Assembly: GCA_964346995.1 (NCBI GenBank)
Contig: CAYFXT010000001.1
Span: forward strand, 1 to 42,718
Direction of reading: 5' to 3'
Length of the DNA: 42,718 nt
From: an uncultured Spirochaetaceae bacterium
GTDB lineage: Bacteria; Spirochaetota; Spirochaetia; SZUA-6; Bin103
The notes under the pieces are model-generated. The model searched no databases. It was not told the DNA's origin and saw nothing but the letters and a program-made list of their open reading frames with translations. Shown one piece after another: positions 32,817 to 41,194 of the stretch. Every line of letters starts with the position of its first letter. The first letter of the stretch is position 1. The position numbers and the translations under genes are program-made.

Positions 32817-32903
32817 ACCATCCGCGCACCGGGAGAACACCGTCCGCACGCCACCAGCGCGACCGTCCGGGCGCACCATCCGCGCGCACCGGGGGAACAC
32901 CCA
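32817..32903 (+). repeat. Direct repeat (~30 bp x2) in a 383-bp gene-free convergent gap
   Basis: The copies are CACCATCCGCGCACCGGGAGAACACC (from 32817) and CACCATCCGCGCGCACCGGGGGAACACC (from 32875). They differ by one mismatch and a 2-nt indel. Confidence 0.8.
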
Positions 32904-33180
32904 AGGCTACCGGGCCGTTTACGGTCGTGTCCCTCGGCTCCACCATGAGCCTGCGGCCAAGCGACTTTCCGAATCAGGACGGCGACCGCATTCCCGGCCT
33001 GGCAAGGGGCTTCCCGTTCGGCCCCGCGTGCTTCCTCCGCTGGGCGGGACCTGCTTCTCCTCGTGCCATTCGCTTCCGGTTACCAGATCACGAAAGCGCA
33101 ACTTCTCGCCTGCGTGCCTCTGACGTGATCTCCAGCACACCCGACGCGACTACGACGGCAACGTCCCGTCATGGCGGTCG

Positions 33181-34089
33181 CTACAGCGAGCTCAGCCAGC
33201 CGCCGTCAACGTAGAGGATCTGCCCGGTGATGTAGTCGGCCGCAGGGGAGGCGAGGAACACTGCGGCCGTGCCGATGTCGGAGGGCGTGCCCCAGGTGCC
33301 GAGTGGAGCGCGTTCGCGCACCCAGGCGTCGAACCGGTCGTCTTCCCAGAGCGGTCGGGTCATTTCGGTCTTGATGTAGCCAGGACCGATGGCGTTGACG
33401 TTGATGCCGTAGCGCGCCCAGTCGACGGCCAGCGCTTTGGTGAGCTGGCGAATGGCGCCCTTGGTCGCCGCGTAGGGGGCGTTCTCTGCGCGTGCCTGCT
33501 CGCTCAGAAGCGACGCGATGTTGATCACCTTGGCCGAGCCGGCCGGTGCCGACTCGCTCCCCACGTGCGTGATCCGGTCGCGCCCGAATGCCTGCGTGAG
33601 CCGGAACACCGAGGTGAGGTTGAGGTCGAGCACGTATTGCCAGTCCGCCGCGGAGATCGACTCGGCGGAACCGCGGCGGGTGCCGCCGGCGTTGTTCACC
33701 AGAATGTCCACCGGACCGTCCGCGCGCACGCGCCGGTACAATTCGTCGATACCGTCGATGTCGGTCAAGTCGCCCGGATAGCTCGCGGCATCGCCGCCGC
33801 GCTCGGTGATCCGCGTGCAGGCCGCCGCCAGCGCGGCGGGGTCACGGCTGACCAGGGCGACCGTAGCGCCCGCGTCCGCCATCGTCAGGGCGACTGCCAG
33901 GCCGATGCCGCGGCTTGCCCCGCTCACCAGGGCGCGCCGTCCGGCAAGGGAGAATGGACTCCGACCCGAAGACGCCGGCCGACGACCGATGCCGGCGCGC
34001 CGATTGTCGTCGTCCTCGGTGGCGCGGAGTGACCGTGTCGTCTCGTCCGCCATGTGCCGACTATCGCCCGCACGGCCAGACTGGTGCAA
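33181..34089 (-). CDS. SDR-family oxidoreductase (classical short-chain dehydrogenase)
   Basis: Contains the cofactor motif ALVSGASRGIGLAVA, NNAG and the catalytic YAATKGAIRQLTK (YxxxK). The real start may be ATG 34053 (MADETT...). Confidence 0.85.
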   Translation of the reverse strand: MHQSGRAGDSRHMADETTRSLRATEDDDNRRAGIGRRPASSGRSPFSLAGRRALVSGASRGIGLAVALTMADAGATVALVSRDPAALAAACTRITERGGDAASYPGDLTDIDGIDELYRRVRADGPVDILVNNAGGTRRGSAESISAADWQYVLDLNLTSVFRLTQAFGRDRITHVGSESAPAGSAKVINIASLLSEQARAENAPYAATKGAIRQLTKALAVDWARYGINVNAIGPGYIKTEMTRPLWEDDRFDAWVRERAPLGTWGTPSDIGTAAVFLASPAADYITGQILYVDGGWLSSL

Positions 34090-34160
34090 GGCACAATTCA
34101 GAGCGCGCCTTGCTCAGGGCGAAGCCAGCACCGGTACGCGGTGGATGACGTTGCCCGGAT

Positions 34161-34193
34161 AGCCGTTCGGATTCCACGACTGGCGGAACGGCT
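34161..34193 (-). terminator. Hairpin downstream of the M16 peptidase gene (candidate terminator, no U-tract)
   Basis: AGCCGTTC (34161-34168) pairs with GAACGGCT (34186-34193) as an 8-bp stem with a 17-nt loop. On the minus strand it starts 18 nt past the stop at 34211. Confidence 0.2.
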
Positions 34194-34210
34194 GTGCGGC
34201 ACCCCGAGCG

Positions 34211-37200
34211 CTAGCGGCGCTGCAGGATTTCGGTAATCGCCAACCGGTCCGCACCCAGCTCGCGGTTGGCCTGCTCCAGCAGGTCACGGCTCGCCACCAC
34301 GCACACGGGGCCCTCCGGGCCGTTGCCGAGCAGCTTCGCCAGGGCCGCCTTCACCGCGGCGGCGGTGACGCCCTTCAGTTGCTCGTGCCGCGCCTCGCGC
34401 ATCTCGGGTGTGATGCCGGCCAGATGGCGTTGCAGCGCCATCTGGGTGGCGGGCCGCGGCCTCGGCGGTGTGAAGCCGCGCTTGGCTACCGCGATGATGG
34501 CGCGTCCGATCTCCTCTCTGCTCCACTGCGCCGCGCCGACCCAGGCGGGCGTGCGTGCGAACACGTCCAGCGTGCGCACGATGTGCGGGTCACGGTAGGA
34601 GCCGAACGACGCCGATCCGCCCAGCGCATCGTAGCGGAACCAGGCGCCATACGCGTTGCCCTTGAAGCGGATTTCCGGAAGGATCCAGTCGAGGTTGACG
34701 ATGTGCGCGCCCACCTCCAGGGGTACCGCCTCCGGCTGCGTATAGTGCGGCGCTGTGATCAGCTTTGCGCAGTAGGCGACATCCATCTGTGCCGCCAGCC
34801 CCTCGCGCGGCGGCGTGGCGAACGGTGTGAAACCGAGGTCGGCGTCGGCAATCGGCTCGTCACGCAGCTTCCCGCTCCAATCGGCCAACGCGGCCGCTAC
34901 CTGCGCGGCGCCGTGCTCGGTGCCGGTATGGCTGACCGTCAGGCGGTCGCGTGCCAGCAGGAAGTCGCGGATCCGTTCGATGCGTGCCATCAGCGCGTCG
35001 TGCTGCGTGGCGAACGATTCGGTCAGCTCTTCGCACAGGGCGAGCTGCGGCAGGCCGTTGGCAATCTCCGCCAGGTGTCCGGCCAGATCGAGCCCGCGCC
35101 CGGCGTGCAGGCTGGCGGTCAGGGCGCCGGCGCGCACCAAGCCGGTCCGGTAGCGCAGGCGCGCCTGAATGAGCACGTCGTTCAGCCGCTCGCGATCGCG
35201 CGGATCGACACCGAACACGAGGCTGCCGAGCAGCGCGAGGGCGTCTGCCATCTGGTCGTCGAGGGCCTTGAGGCTGAACTGCACCCCACGCAGCGTACGC
35301 TCCGCGTGCAGACCGTGGCGGCCAATCGAAAGCGAACTGCGTATGCCGCCGGTGGCGGACGCCTTGCGGCGCGCAATTTCCTCGTAGCCCGCGCCGGCGG
35401 CTCCGAGCTTGTCGATCGCCCCCAGGTAGCGCGGCAGATAGGGCCACAACTCGGCCGGCAGCCCGGTGAGGTCGAAGTCGAGCACCAGATAGTTGACGCC
35501 ATTGGCGAACAGGTCGTTGCGCAGCAGGGTGATGCCGGCAACGTAACGCACCTCGGTGGCGACGTGCTGCAGGGTGGCAGGCAGGTCCGCCACCTGGAGC
35601 TGCGGCAGGCTGGCGAGTTGCTCCGGCGTGTTCGGCGTGCTGTTGAGTTGTTCCAGCTCCGCGGCCGCCGCGCCCGTCGCCGCGATCTGCTCGTCGGTCA
35701 TCCCCTCCTCGATTCGTCGTACACGGGTGTTCAGGCGGTCGTCGAGCTCGCCCTGCATCGCGCGGTCGGGGCGCATCACGATGTCGAGCCGGTGCGGGTT
35801 GTCGATGAGCCGTTCGCGCAGCAGGCGCGCGAACAGACCCGGTTCCCGCTGCCAGCGCTCGCGGCACGTGGCCAGGTGGGTGCCGAGGCGCAGGAAGTGC
35901 AGGGGATCGGTGCCGTAGATCCAGCTTCCCACCACCCGGAACAGGGTGTGCAGCGGAAACATCGGCTGCACTTCGAGGTATTCGAAGGCAGCCTGGTGGA
36001 AGGCGGTCTCCACCATGTCGGCAGTGATGCCGCGGTCGGCGATCTCGACCAGGGTCGAGTCGATCAGCGCGCCAAACCGGTCCGCCCGGTCCGCTTCGCT
36101 GCCGCGGATGCCGATCACGAAGGTGGCCTCACGCCCCACGAAGGAGCTTCCGGAGTAGGTGAGATCGGCCCCCAGGCGCGACTGCACGACCGCCTTGCGC
36201 AGCGGCGCCGCCTCATTGCCGGCCAGGATCAGGGACAGTACGCGCATCAGGGCGGCGTCCACCGGATCGAGCGCATCGCCGGTCAGCCACGCGTTGACCA
36301 GGTAGGTACGTTCCGCGTCGGGCTCGTTGGCGCCGATCGGGTAGCGCTCCTCCAGCGAGCGCGACGCGGACCAGCGGCGCTGGCGGAGCGGGTCGAAGTG
36401 CGCGCCTGCGACCCCGGAGGGCCAGGCAATCTCGCGCCGGGTAAAACCTTGCAGCCGAGCGCCGAGAAAGCTGCAGTAGTCGGCGGTGGCGATATCTCCG
36501 TAGGTGAAGAAGTAGGCATTGCTCGGATGGTAGTAGTTGGCGTGGAACGCGCGGAATGCGTCGTAGGTAAGGTTGGGGATTGCGTCGGGCGTGCCGCCGC
36601 TCTCATGGGCGTAGATGGTGTCGGGCAGCAGATGGTGGTTGAGCAGCCGTCCGAGGCTGGCGTCGGGGTCCGAGAACGCGCCCTTCATTTCGTTGTAGAC
36701 GATGCCGCTGATCGCCAGACGCCCCGCGCCGACTGCGCCGTCGTTGCCGCTGTCGGTGGCTACCGGCGCCAGGTGGTGTCCCTCGCGGCGGAAGGCCTGC
36801 TCGGTCAGCAGCGGATGGAACGTGGCGTCGAAGTACACCTCGGCGAGGTTGAACAGATCCTTGGGCACGTTGCTGGCCACCGGGTAGTAGGTGCTGTCCT
36901 CGCCAGTCATGGCGTTGATGAAGGTGGCCATGCTCATCTTGATCATTTCGAAGAACGGCTCGCGCACCGGAAAGCGGCGCGAGCCGGCCAGCACGCAGTG
37001 CTCCAGAATGTGCGGCACGCCGGTGTCGTTCGACGACGGCGTGGGAAAGGTGACCGAGAACAGGTTCTCCGGGTCGGCGGTGTGCAGGTGCAACAGACGG
37101 GCGCCGCTTGCCGAGTGTTCCAGCAGGTAGGCGACCGAGCGCACCTCCGGTACGGGGGTGGCGCTGCGCAGCCGGAAACCGTGCAGCTCCGTACCCGCTG

Positions 37201-37228
37201 CCAGGGTGATCGATGGGGTTTGCGACAT
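34211..37228 (-). CDS. M16-family zinc metallopeptidase, PreP/insulinase-like (1005 aa)
   Basis: Carries the inverted zinc motif HxxEH (GVPHILEHCVLAGSRRFP) and EPFFEMIKMSMATFINAMT. Its four-domain length is typical of presequence-protease-like M16C enzymes. Confidence 0.88.
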   Translation of the reverse strand: MSQTPSITLAAGTELHGFRLRSATPVPEVRSVAYLLEHSASGARLLHLHTADPENLFSVTFPTPSSNDTGVPHILEHCVLAGSRRFPVREPFFEMIKMSMATFINAMTGEDSTYYPVASNVPKDLFNLAEVYFDATFHPLLTEQAFRREGHHLAPVATDSGNDGAVGAGRLAISGIVYNEMKGAFSDPDASLGRLLNHHLLPDTIYAHESGGTPDAIPNLTYDAFRAFHANYYHPSNAYFFTYGDIATADYCSFLGARLQGFTRREIAWPSGVAGAHFDPLRQRRWSASRSLEERYPIGANEPDAERTYLVNAWLTGDALDPVDAALMRVLSLILAGNEAAPLRKAVVQSRLGADLTYSGSSFVGREATFVIGIRGSEADRADRFGALIDSTLVEIADRGITADMVETAFHQAAFEYLEVQPMFPLHTLFRVVGSWIYGTDPLHFLRLGTHLATCRERWQREPGLFARLLRERLIDNPHRLDIVMRPDRAMQGELDDRLNTRVRRIEEGMTDEQIAATGAAAAELEQLNSTPNTPEQLASLPQLQVADLPATLQHVATEVRYVAGITLLRNDLFANGVNYLVLDFDLTGLPAELWPYLPRYLGAIDKLGAAGAGYEEIARRKASATGGIRSSLSIGRHGLHAERTLRGVQFSLKALDDQMADALALLGSLVFGVDPRDRERLNDVLIQARLRYRTGLVRAGALTASLHAGRGLDLAGHLAEIANGLPQLALCEELTESFATQHDALMARIERIRDFLLARDRLTVSHTGTEHGAAQVAAALADWSGKLRDEPIADADLGFTPFATPPREGLAAQMDVAYCAKLITAPHYTQPEAVPLEVGAHIVNLDWILPEIRFKGNAYGAWFRYDALGGSASFGSYRDPHIVRTLDVFARTPAWVGAAQWSREEIGRAIIAVAKRGFTPPRPRPATQMALQRHLAGITPEMREARHEQLKGVTAAAVKAALAKLLGNGPEGPVCVVASRDLLEQANRELGADRLAITEILQRR

Positions 37229-37418
37229 AGGCTTGCTATCCCTTACGGTAGCGGCTCTGCCCGGCGCGCGGCAACGCGTAGTTGTGGCAGCGCCGCAAAG
37301 CTGGGGCCGCAGCGGTCACGGCCGACTGCACTGGTGTGGCGCGGGCGGGGGTTCACCGGTGAACGGGCCCGGTCGGCGGACGTTGACGCAACTGTAGCCG
37401 GGACGATACCGTCTATCC

Positions 37419-37622
37419 ATGTCAGACCGGGACGACCCGACACTGCGCGCCGTGATTGCTCGCATGGACGACCTTGAGAGATCCGTTGCCAAGGTACTCC
37501 GGGATGGACTCGCAGAGGTTCGGAAGGCGGTTGAGCACTTCGCAACCACGAAGGCAGACCGGACCGATGTGGAGGCGCTGAGACGGGACATCGACGACTT
37601 GAAACGAGCGTCGGGAGAGTAG
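37419..37622 (+). CDS. Small hypothetical coiled-coil protein (67 aa)
   Basis: It has an ATG start and charged heptad-like sequence (MDDLERSVAKVLRDGLAEVRKAVEHF...VEALRRDIDDLKR). It is the only ORF that fits this gap, and I recognise no family. Confidence 0.4.
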   Translation: MSDRDDPTLRAVIARMDDLERSVAKVLRDGLAEVRKAVEHFATTKADRTDVEALRRDIDDLKRASGE

Positions 37623-37656
37623 CGCCGGCTGATATTGCGCTACCACGCCGTGCCAG

Positions 37657-38364
37657 CTATCCGTCGGCGTCCACGGCGACGATGCCGGGCAGGTGACGCA
37701 GGGCGCCGGCGGCGTCGAGACCGTAGCCGGCGACCCACAGGTCCGGGATTCGGAAGCCGATCAGGTCGGGAGCGGCCTTGGCGCGCTGCGCCAACGTGTC
37801 CGGCGAGGGATTGGCGAGTTGTTTGTCCAGCAGCACGCACACCTGTACGTTGCGTACCCCCCAGCTCGCCATCCGGTCGCGCAGCGCGCACAGCGTGAAG
37901 CCGTGATCGAGGATGTCATCGACCAGTAGCAGGGATCGGCCCACCACATCGCCGGGCTGCAAGTCGATCTGCACGCGCCGCCGCTCTCCGTTGGCGCCGA
38001 GCGACTTTCCGTAGGTGCTGGTCTTGGCGAACTCGAAGCGGACGTCGAGCGTGCTCACCGCACCGAGCGCGCGGCCCAAGTCGGCGGCGAACATGAAGGC
38101 GCCGTTGAGTACGGGGGTGATCACCAGTTCGGCATCCGGCGGATGTTGCCGGGCAAGCTCCAGCGCCAGGGCGGTAACGCGCTGCTGCAGCACCCGCTCC
38201 GGTATCAACACACGCGCAACGCGCCCGCGAAACCGTGGCGGCACCTGCGGGTGCGAGGAGATGCCAGCTTCGTGATCGGCCGCGATTCCCTCCCGGGGTA
38301 CGATGATTGCCCCGGTCGTGTCGAGCGCACCGAGCGCCGCCGCGTGGTTGTCGTGGCGGGTCAT
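37657..38364 (-). CDS. hpt: Hypoxanthine(-guanine) phosphoribosyltransferase with a ~45-aa N-terminal extension
   Basis: Contains the PRPP-binding motif LLLVDDILDHGFTL and the C-terminal VAGYGLD block. ATG 38364 overlaps the leuB TGA (38361-38363) as ATGA. The 458-aa track ORF is an upstream artefact. Confidence 0.88.
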   Translation of the reverse strand: MTRHDNHAAALGALDTTGAIIVPREGIAADHEAGISSHPQVPPRFRGRVARVLIPERVLQQRVTALALELARQHPPDAELVITPVLNGAFMFAADLGRALGAVSTLDVRFEFAKTSTYGKSLGANGERRRVQIDLQPGDVVGRSLLLVDDILDHGFTLCALRDRMASWGVRNVQVCVLLDKQLANPSPDTLAQRAKAAPDLIGFRIPDLWVAGYGLDAAGALRHLPGIVAVDADG

Positions 38365-39518
38365 CGGTCCGGCGCCGCGCCGGCGTCCGGCAGCGCGCCG
38401 TTGCCTGGCTCCATACCGGCACGCCCGCTGTCGTGGCGCACGTGTGCCGCCACGACATCCCCGAACGCCGCGGTGGACAGCGCCTCCGTCGGTCCGCCGT
38501 CCGGCGCCAGGTCGGCCGTCACCTGCCCCGCCTGCAGAGCGCCCCACAGCCCGTTCCAGACCGCTGCGGCTTCGTCGTGCAGGGCGAAGCTCTTCTCCAG
38601 CAGCAGGGCGGCGCTGCCGATCAGTGAGAAGGGGTTCGCGATCCCGCGTCCGGCAATGTCCGGAGCCGACCCGTGTACCGCTTCGTAGTAGCTCTTCTCC
38701 GGTCCCACGCTGGCGCTGCACATCAGTCCCAGGGAGCCCACGATGCCGCCCGCCTGATCGCTCAGGATGTCGCCCTGCATGTTGTCGAGCAGCATTACGC
38801 CGTTGAACTGCACCGGGTTCACCGCCAGTTGGAATGCCGCATTGTCCACCAGGATCGACGAATAGTCTACATCCGGGTAGCGTTCCGCAACCGCTTCGAC
38901 CACCACCTCCCACAGCCGCGATGTCGCCAGGATGTTGGACTTGTGTACGACGGTGAGGTGGCAGCGGCGCGCTTCGGCCTCGGCGAACGCCACCTCGGTA
39001 ACCTGTTCGATCTGGGCGCGCGTGTAGTGGCAATCATCGCTCGCGTACCGGCCCCGGGTGTGTTCGCCCTCTACCTTCTCGCCGAAGTAGATGCCACCGA
39101 CCAGTTCGCGGATCATCAGGATGTCGACGCCGTCACCGATGATCTCGGGGCGTAGTGGGGACAGTGCGGCGAGGCGGCGCGGCAGGACCACGGGACGGTA
39201 GTTGGCGAACGTGTTGTAGCGCTGGCGCAGTTCCAGGATTGCCAGCTCCGGCCGTTGATCCACGGGAATGGCCCTCATCTCGTCGAGCGCGACCCCCGCC
39301 GGCCCCTTCAGGATGGCGTCGGCGGCGTCGCACACCTTCTTCGATCGGGCCGGAAATGCGGCGCCGTGCGCATGGTACGCGCCGGCGCCGAAAGGGGTGC
39401 GCTCGAAGGTGAACCGATGGCCGAATCGCCCGGCGACGGCATCCAGTACCTTCACGGCTTCGCTGACGATTTCGGGGCCGATGCCGTCACCTTCCAGGAC
39501 GGCTATTGAAGCGTTCAT
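38361..39518 (-). CDS. leuB: 3-isopropylmalate dehydrogenase family protein
   Basis: Contains IAVLEGDGIGPEI, LRQRYNTFANYRP, ILMIRELVGGIYFGE, HKSNIL and MLLDNMQGDILSDQAGGIVGSLGL. ATG 39518 was chosen (MNASIAVLEGDG). No other leu genes are adjacent. Confidence 0.83.
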   Translation of the reverse strand: MNASIAVLEGDGIGPEIVSEAVKVLDAVAGRFGHRFTFERTPFGAGAYHAHGAAFPARSKKVCDAADAILKGPAGVALDEMRAIPVDQRPELAILELRQRYNTFANYRPVVLPRRLAALSPLRPEIIGDGVDILMIRELVGGIYFGEKVEGEHTRGRYASDDCHYTRAQIEQVTEVAFAEAEARRCHLTVVHKSNILATSRLWEVVVEAVAERYPDVDYSSILVDNAAFQLAVNPVQFNGVMLLDNMQGDILSDQAGGIVGSLGLMCSASVGPEKSYYEAVHGSAPDIAGRGIANPFSLIGSAALLLEKSFALHDEAAAVWNGLWGALQAGQVTADLAPDGGPTEALSTAAFGDVVAAHVRHDSGRAGMEPGNGALPDAGAAPDR

Positions 39519-39576
39519 CGCAGACGGCACCCTATCAGCACTCGCCTGGTATACCAAGTCCGTGGCGTCGCGGATA

Positions 39577-40404
39577 ATGGCTGCGAAGATGGCGGAGCGG
39601 GACGGCGATTCCGGCCCGGCGAAGGGCGTGGGAGACGATCGTGGCGATGGCCAGCACTGGCGTCCGGAGCAGTACCGGCGCTGCGCTCCCTACGTCCCGG
39701 AACTGGGTCGCGGCCTGATCGATCTGCTCGATCCGCAACCCGGCGAGCGGGTCCTGGATCTGGGCTGCGGCGACGGCACGCTCACCCGCCGGCTGGCCGC
39801 TCGCGGCTGCACGGTGTTCGGAATCGACCGCAGCGCGGCGTTCGTGGCGGCGGCGCGGCAGCGCGGCGTGTCGGCGCACGTAGCGGACGCGCGGCGGCTC
39901 ATGGAGGCCGGGTTCGCGGCGGGCAGCTTCGACGGCGTATTCTCCAACGCGGTCCTGCACTGGATACGCGAGCCGGAACAGGTGATCGCCGGGGTGCGCC
40001 AACTGCTGCGCAACGGCGGACGCTTCGTGGCCGAGTTTGGCGGCGCCGGTAACGTCGCCACGGTGCGCGCTGCGTTGCGCGCCGCGTTCCTGCGCCGCGG
40101 AATCGATCCGTCCGCCCGCGACCCCTGGTACTTCCCCACCGCTCCATCATACCGGGCACTGCTCGAGGCGGGCGGCTTCGCGGTGGCAGACATCGAGCTG
40201 TTCGCGCGCCCGACACCGGTGCCGGGTACGCTCGCCGATTGGCTGGCGCTGTTCGCCGCGGCGTGGGTTGCCGATCTCGACGCGGACACGCGGAGCGAGA
40301 TCGTGGCCGAAGTGTCGGCGGCCGCGGCACCGCGGCTGTGCGCTGCCGACGGCGCGTGGAGCGTCGACTACGTGCGGCTGCGTTTGCGCGCGGTGGCAGT
40401 GTAG
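39577..40404 (+). CDS. Class I SAM-dependent methyltransferase (trans-aconitate methyltransferase-like)
   Basis: Contains motif I VLDLGCGDGTLT, FDGVFSNAVLHWI and GGRFVAEFGG. The start is ATG 39577 or 39589; the upstream part of the track ORF overlaps leuB antisense. Confidence 0.8.
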   Translation: MAAKMAERDGDSGPAKGVGDDRGDGQHWRPEQYRRCAPYVPELGRGLIDLLDPQPGERVLDLGCGDGTLTRRLAARGCTVFGIDRSAAFVAAARQRGVSAHVADARRLMEAGFAAGSFDGVFSNAVLHWIREPEQVIAGVRQLLRNGGRFVAEFGGAGNVATVRAALRAAFLRRGIDPSARDPWYFPTAPSYRALLEAGGFAVADIELFARPTPVPGTLADWLALFAAAWVADLDADTRSEIVAEVSAAAAPRLCAADGAWSVDYVRLRLRAVAV

Positions 40405-40502
40405 CGCTCCCGGAGCAGGCGGGTTGGGCTGCCCGCTTCGCGGCCTGCGGATCGTCGCCATGGAGGTTCCCGGCGCCAGACCGCCGACGGCTGGAGCGCG
40501 GG

Positions 40503-41015
40503 TCAGGGCGGGCTGGTGCGCGGCCGGGTCAGAGTGGTCCACTGTGGGCTGCGCATGCGCGCCAGCTCGACGATCTGGCCGCTGTGGTAAGCGGCGTGGC
40601 CGACTGCGCGCAGCAATGCCTGCAGCACGGTGTGCGACTCGCCGCGGATCGTCACCTCGCGGTTCAGGTCGGCCGGCGTAAGCGTGGCGAGGGTCTCTGC
40701 GACGCACTCCCAGCCGGCGTTCCATTGCGCGAGTACGGCGTCATGGTCCACCACGTCGTTGCGGAATTCGGCGTCGCGGTCGCGTGTCGGCTTCTCGCCG
40801 TCGCTGGTCAGGAAGTCGGTGAATCGGGAACGGAGGTTGCCACCGACGTGCTTCATCAGCATCGCGATGCTGTTGGAGCGCTCGTCCGGCAACCAGCCCA
40901 GATCCGCGCGCGGCATCTGCGCTACCGCGCGTTCGGCGAGGCGCCGGTTGAGGGTGAACTCCTCGGCGAGGAAACGCAGCGCATCGGCCGCGCTGCGTGC
41001 GGCTTCGTCACTCAT
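40503..41015 (-). CDS. DinB-family (DUF1572-like) four-helix-bundle protein
   Basis: 170 aa from ATG 41015, with His residues in the spacing typical of the DinB metal triad (MLMKHVGGN ... GHAAYHSGQIVEL). Confidence 0.72.
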   Translation of the reverse strand: MSDEAARSAADALRFLAEEFTLNRRLAERAVAQMPRADLGWLPDERSNSIAMLMKHVGGNLRSRFTDFLTSDGEKPTRDRDAEFRNDVVDHDAVLAQWNAGWECVAETLATLTPADLNREVTIRGESHTVLQALLRAVGHAAYHSGQIVELARMRSPQWTTLTRPRTSPP

Positions 41016-41194
41016 GGCGAGAATGCTAACGCGCACGGCGGTGAGGCGCCAACCGCCGTGCCACGGGCGCCTTCGACGGCGCCCGAACCGTCGCCAGCGG
41101 TGCTCGTTCCGGCGGCCGCGCTGCGTGCGGTCCACCGACCAGCCGCCGGAGTCTGTCGCAATCCGGCCGACTCCGGTAAGATTCATAACGACAT

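Noticed and set aside
34379-37477. 1032-aa ORF on the plus strand spanning the whole M16 peptidase gene
   Set aside because: It is antisense to a gene with clear family motifs (HILEH etc.). Its translation is Arg/Gly/Ala/Val/His-rich with no recognisable motifs. Long stop-free antisense frames are expected at this GC content.
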